A stretch of 52,382 nt of DNA, from IMG/VR virus record IMGVR_UViG_3300045988_148619; one strand, given 5' to 3'. The notes beneath the pieces are model-generated. The model did not search any database. It was not told the origin of the DNA and was given only the letters and a program-made list of their open reading frames with translations. This document shows positions 40,187 to 46,552 of this stretch, in pieces. The stretch is from a virus. A program made the position numbers and the translations under genes. Position 1 is the stretch's first letter, and the number at the start of each line of letters is the position of its first letter.

Positions 40187-41090
40187 ATAATGCCTCTGCA
40201 ACAGCTTGATAAACTTCTTGGTTTATATATTGGCTGTTTTCTATTAATTCAGCTTTTGGGAAGTGTTTCTTCCAGTATTTAAAGGTATTAATAGCACCCC
40301 CACCAAATACTTGGATAGCATCAGCACCTACATAGTCAATGTTTTTAGTGAATGATATTAAATCATATACTAAACCATCAAAGGCACTGTCCACTTCTTT
40401 CTCAACACTTACTTGACCAGTTTTTGTGTTCATAACTGGGTTGCTGACATATCTTTCAACATCAGGTGGATTTAAATGTGTTTTATGTTTTTCATTAATC
40501 AGCTGTGTTAGGTCAGTGTACACTTTATTCATAGAACCATTATTTGTATAATGATTAGCTATTTCTTGCTCTCTCCACTCTATGATATTTATTGTACCCA
40601 TGCCCACATCTATAGTAATTATATGTCTATCATCATTATCCCTAATTGGCAATGCTCCTTCTATAAATACTTTCATATTCTTAAAATCTATTATGTAATG
40701 CTTACCATCAACAGTGATTTCTTCAACTCCTAAGCCATTTAAATAGGCTTCAACATCATCAGCTTGGTTATTGTAGTGGTCTACAGGTATTCCCACAACT
40801 AGATTAGCCTCTAATGGATTTTTTGCCACTGGTGTAGCTAAAGCTGTAGCTGTTAGAAGTGCTATTTTATATTCCTCTGTAAAGTATCTATCTTCTGAAA
40901 TGAATGAATGGCCTTCACCTACTACATAAGAAGCTCCTTTATATATTACCTCATGAACCTCAGCTTTGTGCTTTATGTTGTAGCCATTTGCCTTTTGAAG
41001 TGTTCCCTGTCTTATCTTTGAAGCAAATCTGTTTCCTACTCCATACTTACAGTACCCATTTCCAATATCAAGTCCTTTTTTAATAATCAT
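40176..41090 (-). CDS. parM: ParM/StbA-type actin-like plasmid segregation ATPase
   Basis: 304 aa. The N-terminal phosphate-1 motif reads KGLDIGNGYCKYG. Internal motifs are ITIDVGMGTINI and VFGGGAI. Confidence 0.7.
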   Translation of the reverse strand: MIIKKGLDIGNGYCKYGVGNRFASKIRQGTLQKANGYNIKHKAEVHEVIYKGASYVVGEGHSFISEDRYFTEEYKIALLTATALATPVAKNPLEANLVVGIPVDHYNNQADDVEAYLNGLGVEEITVDGKHYIIDFKNMKVFIEGALPIRDNDDRHIITIDVGMGTINIIEWREQEIANHYTNNGSMNKVYTDLTQLINEKHKTHLNPPDVERYVSNPVMNTKTGQVSVEKEVDSAFDGLVYDLISFTKNIDYVGADAIQVFGGGAINTFKYWKKHFPKAELIENSQYINQEVYQAVAEALYED

Positions 41091-41214
41091 AATAAATTAC
41101 CTCTCTTTTCTTTATTCAATTTTATCTGTTTTGTGTTTTGATTTTTTGTTTTGTCAGTGGCTTGTCCCCCTGACACTATTTATATTATCACATACCCAAA
41201 ATTAATGCAATACT

Positions 41215-41430
41215 TTTTTATAGAAATTTATATATTTTTACATAAATTTATAGATTTTTATAGATTTTTCTATACAAGATTAGTGATTGCAATGGCTACA
41301 CATTTCTATAAATTTATAGATTTTTATAGATATTTATGTATTTTTCTATAAATTTTATATAAATTTCTATAAATAATACAGCTAATCCATTTCTATAAAT
41401 TTCTATACTTTTATATATTTTTCTATAAAA
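41215..41430. repeat. parC-like centromere: at least 10 copies of TTCTATAAA / TTTATAGAW in both orientations, upstream of the parM-like gene
   Basis: ttctataaa occurs at 41304, 41344, 41365, 41391 and 41421. ttctatac occurs at 41268 and 41401. Inverted tttatagat/tatagaaa copies lie at 41217-41330. Confidence 0.65.
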
Positions 41431-41457
41431 GACCCCCTCCCCCTATTTTTAAACAAC

Positions 41458-41486
41458 AAAAAAAGACAGGCATTTTTAAACCTGTC
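41458..41486 (-). terminator. Intrinsic terminator after the wHTH gene
   Basis: Minus strand GACAGG tttaaaaatg CCTGTC, followed by TTTTTTT. Confidence 0.75.
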
Positions 41487-41495
41487 CTGTATTTT

Positions 41496-42281
41496 CTAGC
41501 CCAATATACTGTCAAAAGCTGAATAATCATCTTCTAAATACTGTGCTGTAAGGTCTGCTAAAGCTTCTTTCTTAGCTTCTGCTTCCTGTTCTTGCTTCAT
41601 TTGTTGAAGTACATTGTTCCCTAACCAGCCACATAGCATAGGTATTGTAGGATATGGGAAGTTTGCACTGCTCCATTTAACCCTATAGTTCTTAATTGCA
41701 TATTCAATCATTGATAATATTGTTTCATCATCAAAGTTTGCCATTAATTTATTTTTGATCAGTGATAAGTCCCTTGCATATTTCACTAAATATTTAATCC
41801 CATATTCTTCTTCATACATGGAACAGAACTTACCAGCATAATCTTTGGCTGTTCTTTTCTTAGGTTCTTGGACATCCTCCTGTTCCACTGATAAATCACT
41901 TGTGCTGTTTTCTGTTTTCTCAACATTTAATTTATATACTGAAAACTTCTTTCTTCCACCAGCCTGTTCTAAGTCCCTAGCAAGGACTGGAACACCATTT
42001 ATTTTGGTAGTCAGAAGCTTATTAACTAGCTTATTTACTGTTGGCAATGAATACCCTGTAAGCTCTGCAAGTTTCCTTTGACTTGGGAAAGCTTCCCCTT
42101 CCCTGTCCATATATGAAGCTATGGCTAACAAGATTATAAATTCACCAGCCCCAATCTCTTTCAGAATACCTTGCTGTATTGCATGAATGTCTAGCTTAAT
42201 GCTTCTATCTTCAACATAAGATTGGTTTATAACATCATACTGTTGAATTAGCTCCACCTGTAAAAAAGAATTATTGTTCAT
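41496..42281 (-). CDS. Winged-HTH protein, a possible replication-origin-binding or organiser protein
   Basis: 261 aa with a GGTGGTGG RBS. FPSQRKLAELTGYSLPTVNKLVNKLL is a wHTH of the kind found in phage replication initiators. Confidence 0.45.
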   Translation of the reverse strand: MNNNSFLQVELIQQYDVINQSYVEDRSIKLDIHAIQQGILKEIGAGEFIILLAIASYMDREGEAFPSQRKLAELTGYSLPTVNKLVNKLLTTKINGVPVLARDLEQAGGRKKFSVYKLNVEKTENSTSDLSVEQEDVQEPKKRTAKDYAGKFCSMYEEEYGIKYLVKYARDLSLIKNKLMANFDDETILSMIEYAIKNYRVKWSSANFPYPTIPMLCGWLGNNVLQQMKQEQEAEAKKEALADLTAQYLEDDYSAFDSILG

Positions 42282-42322
42282 ATAGAACCACCACCTTACA
42301 CTAATATTTAATTTTCACAAGA

Positions 42323-42354
42323 TAATAGGTACATGATTTATTTCTAGGTGTGAC
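42323..42354 (-). promoter_or_regulatory. Bipartite promoter-like motif copy (GTCACA-N15-TGWAC-CTAWAY)
   Basis: Minus strand GTCACAcctagaaataaatcaTGTACCTATTA, 41 nt upstream of ATG 42281. Confidence 0.6.
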
Positions 42355-42426
42355 CCTATATGTTAAATCTTAATGTTTATATTTTTTAAACATATCTATT
42401 TATTTATAAATATATTTAGGATGTTT

Positions 42427-42461
42427 ATATACTGTATGTTTGGTATAAAATTTTTTAACAT
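42427..42461 (+). promoter_or_regulatory. 35-bp perfect repeat core carrying an extended -10 promoter (TGgTATAAA); copy B
   Basis: Identical to 14606-14640. It points toward the oriV-like region and the rep gene. Confidence 0.6.
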
Positions 42462-42939
42462 TAAATTTTGATCCTGTAATAAAAGTATATCTAACCCCCT
42501 ATTTTAGATTCTAAGGAATAATTTGGTGTTACCTAAGTAATTAATCAGATTTGATATTCTAAAAGCTCCTAGCCTGTTTTAAATGGATTTTATGATGGGT
42601 TTAAAAGGTTCATATGAATATAACTATAGAATACCCCTTAGAAGCTGTTATTTCCATTTAGAGATGTTTGATTCTAAGAAATGATTAATTACTTGATTAG
42701 CCTGTCCCATTTCCTTAGAAACTAATTTAGAGCTTCAAACCTATATCCTTTCCCTAAAGGCTTAAAAACAAAAGACCCTATAACTTCTAAAAGAATATCC
42801 CTTCAAGATAAACAAATCTATTTTGATAATCATATACCTTATTCCTAAATGCTATTTTTAAAAACCAAAAATATAGAATTAAGAAAATAGTTTTTTTGTT
42901 TGTTTGAATTAAGTCAGGGAAGGTGTCCCCCCTTTCCTT

Positions 42940-42982
42940 TAGTTTTTAAAAATAGTTTTTAATAGTTTTTATATAGTTTTTA
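42940..42982. repeat. Four phased TAGTTTTTA repeats 10-13 bp apart, an AT-rich bent or unwinding element next to the iterons
   Basis: tagtttttaaaaatagtttttaatagtttttatatagttttta. Confidence 0.6.
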
Positions 42983-43024
42983 GGGGTACCCAAAACCCAG
43001 TATTTCCAATATGTTGCTGAATTG

Positions 43025-43150
43025 AAATATGACAAAAACATAATGAAATATGACAAAAACATAATGAACTATGACATTTGCATAATGAAATATGACAAAA
43101 ACATAATGAACTATGACAAAAACATAATGAACTATGACAAAAACATAATG
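43025..43150 (+). repeat. Six tandem 21-bp iterons
   Basis: (a)aaTATGACAaaaaCATAATG repeated six times with no spacers. One copy has tttg in place of aaaa. Confidence 0.9.
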
Positions 43151-43280
43151 CCTGTGGACAAGTCTGTGCATAACCCTGTGGATAGTGCTGTGAACAACTC
43201 ATACAACCATTGAAAATATTAGGATTCAGAAAAAGGCATTTTGCTGTTAATTTTATCAAAATAGGGTCAAATAGCTATCT

Positions 43281-43367
43281 AAATATGACATTTGCATAAT
43301 GAACTATGACACTGATTATGTTTTTGTCATATTTTAATTATGACTGATTATGTTTTTGTCATATTTA
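43281..43367. repeat. Additional iteron copies abutting the rep promoter: one direct, one partial and two inverted
   Basis: The direct copy aaatatgacatttgcataatg is at 43281-43301. The inverted copies gattatgtttttgtcatatt are at 43314-43335 and 43346-43367. Confidence 0.8.
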
Positions 43368-43370
43368 GTG

Positions 43371-43399
43371 TTGACAGATGTATTTTTGGTATGTATAAT
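43371..43399 (+). promoter_or_regulatory. Consensus sigmaA promoter of the rep gene
   Basis: TTGACA (43371-43376), a 17-nt spacer, then TATAAT (43394-43399). An inverted iteron ends 3 nt upstream of the -35 box. Confidence 0.75.
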
Positions 43400-43434
43400 A
43401 AGCTTATAACATTACAGAAAAGAGGAACAAAACA

Positions 43435-44481
43435 ATGAGTAACCAAGAAATATTAATGCAACCAAATAACCTAGTAAAGAGTAGATATAACTTTACTTCA
43501 ATAGAGAATAAATTATTCTATAAAATTCTGTACAATGCCCAAAAACAACACACACAAGGGGCTGAAAACTACAAAGCAACATTAACTACAGCTGAAATAC
43601 AAAGCTTTATAAAAAGCCCAGTGGATTATGTATCATCATCTATAAAAGAAAGACTAAATATGTTCCAACAAAGTATATTAGAATTTGACTATTTAGATGA
43701 AGAAACAGGAAACTTAAAAACATTTGGGTCAGGATTAATTACAGCCTATACATTAGACCATGATGAACAGGTCTATACTATAGAAATACATAAAAAGTTA
43801 TATGAACATATTACAAACTTTGTGAGAATGCAACAAGAAGGGTATAGTCCAATAAACTTATCTTTACTATTTGGGTTTAAAGGGGCTTACACTCAAAGAA
43901 TATATACTTTATTAAGAATGTGGAGCAGACAAAACCAAGAAGTGGAGATTAAATTTAAGATAGAAACATTAAGAAGCTATCTTCAACTTGATAAATTATA
44001 TCCTTCATATGCTGACTTTAAAAGAAGGGTATTGCTACCAGCTATAAAAGAAATAAATAAAACTGGAAATATGCAAATAGAGTTTGATAAAACTTGTGAA
44101 ATTAAGAAAGGGAGAAAAGTTGCTGAAGTTGTTTTCAAAGTAACTGATTTTGAAACTAAGAAATATTTTGAACAACCTTTAGTGGTAGAAGCTCCAGCTG
44201 ACCCTAATGAGGGAAAGGCTGATGTAAAAGAAGAATTTAAAAAGTTCTTACTTGAAAAAACAGCTATGACTAAATCAGCTTTAGACCCATTTATGAATGA
44301 ATATGACTTCTATGCTGAACAGTTCATGGAGCCTGAAAGTCCTAGGTTTAAGATTCTGTTAACCCTAATGGCTAAGGCTATGGAAAAGGATAAGGTAGAC
44401 ACTTTTGGTATACAACAATTTGCATACATAAAAAGAGCCTTAATGGATGAATTAGTCCAATATGATATGATGCATGAATAA
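43435..44481 (+). CDS. Rep_3-type plasmid replication initiator
   Basis: 348 aa with an AAGAGGA RBS. The N-terminus PNNLVKSRYNFTSIENKLFYKILYNA matches the Rep_3/RepB-type signature (N.li.s.y.ls..E.rl...il). Iterons lie upstream. Confidence 0.75.
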   Translation: MSNQEILMQPNNLVKSRYNFTSIENKLFYKILYNAQKQHTQGAENYKATLTTAEIQSFIKSPVDYVSSSIKERLNMFQQSILEFDYLDEETGNLKTFGSGLITAYTLDHDEQVYTIEIHKKLYEHITNFVRMQQEGYSPINLSLLFGFKGAYTQRIYTLLRMWSRQNQEVEIKFKIETLRSYLQLDKLYPSYADFKRRVLLPAIKEINKTGNMQIEFDKTCEIKKGRKVAEVVFKVTDFETKKYFEQPLVVEAPADPNEGKADVKEEFKKFLLEKTAMTKSALDPFMNEYDFYAEQFMEPESPRFKILLTLMAKAMEKDKVDTFGIQQFAYIKRALMDELVQYDMMHE

Positions 44482-44510
44482 AAAAAAGGCTGGGGCCTAA
44501 TGCCCCAACC
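44480..44510 (-). terminator. Intrinsic terminator after the endolysin gene, shared with the end of rep
   Basis: Minus strand GGTTGGGGC attag GCCCCAGCC, followed by TTTTTTTT. Confidence 0.75.
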
Positions 44511-44517
44511 AGTTAAT

Positions 44518-45477
44518 TTATAGTCCCAAAATTTTAGACCATGCTTTCAGATCCCACACACCAGTGGCTTCTAGACCATTATTTGTTTGATATATTTTTA
44601 CTGCTGATTCCATACCAGCACCAAAAGAACCATCAACACCTTTGCAGTCTAAATTATATACAACAGTAAGATGTTCCTGTAGTAACCTTACTACCTCACC
44701 AGTAGAACCCTTTTTAAGTTCAGGACAAGCTTCTGCTGTGTTTTTAGAGTACCCTAAAATATTACAAGCTGTTTGTAGCCTAGCCACCCAACCATTGTAT
44801 TGGTTAGGTATTACTTTAGAACCTTTTACAGCTTCACAGTAAGCCATAGACACATAGCCTGTGACTTTATTGTATGTAACCTTGCCCCAACCAGCAGACA
44901 CTTCAGAAATGTCTATAACTGTGTTATGTGGTAAGTTGCCAAGTATGTTGAAAGCTGTACTTTTACCAGCCCTGATGTTTAAACCATCTTCAGCTGTTAT
45001 TTTATAAACCCCTTTAGAAGTAGATGGGGCTGTTGCAGTGCCTTTAGTTATTTCATCAAAAGGAAAATTCTTACCAGGGCAGTCTGTATTTGCATAATCT
45101 CTGTGTTTAGCAAACTTAGTGATTTTGTGATACTCTCTGATATACTTACACAGCTGTTTCCCAGCTTCTATTTGAGCCTGTGGCATTGTGTTGTCTTGAA
45201 GATTACCCTCAAAGCACACACCAATAGAAACCCTGTTCTTGCCCTGTGCAGAACAATGACAACCAACTGCTGTAGTAGGTCTACCTTTGTATACTGTACC
45301 ATCTTTTCTTACATAATAATTATATCCAATTCCACCCCAACCTTTTGATTTGTGAAACTCATGTATAGCTTCAACTGTTCCATTGCCTGAAGCATGGTGT
45401 AAAATACATTCAACTGGTTTATTAGTGTGTTTTAATCCAGTAAAGACTAAACCAGTATCAATAATTTTAATAGTCAT
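44518..45477 (-). CDS. Endolysin: N-acetylmuramoyl-L-alanine amidase (Amidase_2/PGRP) + SH3b + PG_binding_1
   Basis: ATG at 45477 follows GAAAGGGGG. The amidase signature reads ILHHASG...GIGYNYYV...CPG. The SH3b-like segment reads VYKITAEDGLNIRAGKS...GWGKVTYNKVTGYVSM. The C-terminal segment GSTGEVVRLLQEHL...DGSFGAGMESAVKIYQTNNGL fits a PG-binding domain. Confidence 0.85.
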   Translation of the reverse strand: MTIKIIDTGLVFTGLKHTNKPVECILHHASGNGTVEAIHEFHKSKGWGGIGYNYYVRKDGTVYKGRPTTAVGCHCSAQGKNRVSIGVCFEGNLQDNTMPQAQIEAGKQLCKYIREYHKITKFAKHRDYANTDCPGKNFPFDEITKGTATAPSTSKGVYKITAEDGLNIRAGKSTAFNILGNLPHNTVIDISEVSAGWGKVTYNKVTGYVSMAYCEAVKGSKVIPNQYNGWVARLQTACNILGYSKNTAEACPELKKGSTGEVVRLLQEHLTVVYNLDCKGVDGSFGAGMESAVKIYQTNNGLEATGVWDLKAWSKILGL

Positions 45478-45544
45478 AATATGACCCCCTTTCACTATTT
45501 ACACAAACTACTGTAAACAAACAATATTAAAAACAAGCTTATTA

Positions 45545-45562
45545 TTGAAAAATACTTTTCAA
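45545..45562. repeat. 18-bp palindrome copy (TTGAAW-N6-WTTCAA family)
   Basis: ttgaaaaatacttttcaa. Confidence 0.8.
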
Positions 45563-45584
45563 AATAGCTTCAGCTGTACTCAAA

Positions 45585-45602
45585 TTGAAAAATACTTTTC
45601 AA
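45585..45602. repeat. 18-bp palindrome copy (TTGAAW-N6-WTTCAA family)
   Basis: ttgaaaaatacttttcaa. Confidence 0.8.
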
Positions 45603-45624
45603 TAAAACTGGTAAAATGGGCATA

Positions 45625-45750
45625 AAAAAAAACAGCCCCCAACCAAAAGGACTGTTTTTCTGAATAACCAAAACCCAAAACAGATGGTACTGTATCAATA
45701 CCCTGTATTGAGTGCCTAATGGCTCAACCAATAGCCATTAAACAAATATT
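45625..45750 (-). ncRNA. Candidate ~125-nt small RNA or attenuator leader between the holin and endolysin genes
   Basis: It is bounded by a sigmaA-type promoter (45757-45785) and an intrinsic terminator (CAGTCC..GGGCTG plus T9, 45624-45654). It contains no ORF. Internal hairpins are AATGGCT..AGCCATT and CAATAC-agg-GTATTG. Confidence 0.3.
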
Positions 45751-45756
45751 AAATAT

Positions 45757-45785
45757 ATTATATCATAGTGTTTGTGTATGGTCAA
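45757..45785 (-). promoter_or_regulatory. SigmaA-type promoter downstream of the holin stop codon
   Basis: Minus strand TTGACC (45785..45780), a 17-nt spacer, then TATAAT (45762..45757). Confidence 0.6.
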
Positions 45786-45803
45786 TACTTTAATTTAATT
45801 TAA

Positions 45804-46238
45804 TTATTTTTGAAAAGTATCTTTCAATTCAGAAGGGGATGTTTCATCAGCTATATCATGGAGTTTAGCTAATCTTTCTCTAATCACTTCGGGTATAGGA
45901 ACCCCTACAGCCCCAAGATTCTCTATGATAGAAGATCCTTCAATAGAAATGTAGAATATAGTAACCACAGTCCTTATTACTGGGTCTGTGTTGCCCATAA
46001 GAGTGTCTAGCTGGAAACACAGTATTAAAATTAGGATATACCCAGCTTTAGTAACTAATCCTTCTCTGAATTGTTTGGAAGTAAAGGCAAACCCATGTAA
46101 GCCTTTGAATACCCCTGTAAGAATATCTATAGCAATTAATATTAATAAAACCTGAAGAGTGAAGTCCCAGCCCCCAATTAAGGCTGAAACAACTCCTATA
46201 ATAATACCTGTGATGTTTTCAAAACTTTGTTCTAACAT
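45804..46238 (-). CDS. Holin (phage_holin_4_1 / TcdE-like family)
   Basis: ATG at 46238 follows TAGGAGGG. It has three TM-like segments. IGGWDFTLQVLLILIAIDILTGVFKG...FTSKQFREGLVTKAGYILIL fits this holin family. Confidence 0.8.
   Translation of the reverse strand: MLEQSFENITGIIIGVVSALIGGWDFTLQVLLILIAIDILTGVFKGLHGFAFTSKQFREGLVTKAGYILILILCFQLDTLMGNTDPVIRTVVTIFYISIEGSSIIENLGAVGVPIPEVIRERLAKLHDIADETSPSELKDTFQK
45810..45827. repeat. 18-bp palindrome copy (TTGAAW-N6-WTTCAA family), inside the holin 3' end
   Basis: ttgaaaagtatctttcaa, which encodes ...KDTFQK. Confidence 0.75.
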
Positions 46239-46246
46239 AAACCCTC

Positions 46247-46552
46247 CTAGTCTGCTATACAATCTTTAAAGAACTCTTCAGTTTCAAGATACTTATAGGC
46301 TTGAACATATATAGATTTATTGTTCATGCTTCTAGCTGAAAAGTGCTTTTCAAATTCATCTTCTACCCATTTGGCTCTTACCTTTCTAATGTTCATGGGT
46401 TCAACTTCAGAAAGCCTTGCTTCTTTACTTGTATATCCACCAACAGTAATATCACAGTATTTAAACTGCATATTCAGGTTTATTGCCAGTATTCTATAGT
46501 ATTCCTCTTGAACACCAAATTGATTTATATTATTTTCCTTAATTAATGCCAT
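46247..46552 (-). CDS. Hypothetical protein between the tail fiber and holin genes
   Basis: 101 aa with a GAGGGGG RBS. Small unknown tail-associated genes often occupy this position. Confidence 0.5.
   Translation of the reverse strand: MALIKENNINQFGVQEEYYRILAINLNMQFKYCDITVGGYTSKEARLSEVEPMNIRKVRAKWVEDEFEKHFSARSMNNKSIYVQAYKYLETEEFFKDCIAD

Larger units (their letters stand above)
45541..45606. repeat. Double-palindrome cassette upstream of the endolysin gene
   Basis: attattgaaaaatacttttcaaaatagcttcagctgtactcaaattgaaaaatacttttcaataaaa. It is nearly identical to 10648-10712. Confidence 0.85.

Noticed and set aside
41151-41351. A 66-aa plus-strand ORF in the parC-like repeat array.
   Set aside because: The translation (FIDFYRFF repeated) simply reflects the TTCTATAAA repeats. 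It has no RBS.
43025-43150. Possible CRISPR array.
   Set aside because: The 21-bp units are contiguous with no spacers. Inverted copies flank the rep promoter. No cas genes are present. This is an iteron array.
42969-43259. Three overlapping ORFs (42969..43259 -, 42980..43171 -, 43022..43213 +) with repetitive peptide sequences.
   Set aside because: They are translation artefacts of the six tandem 21-bp iterons. They lack RBSs, all three frames are open only because of the repeat, and they lie in the origin region.
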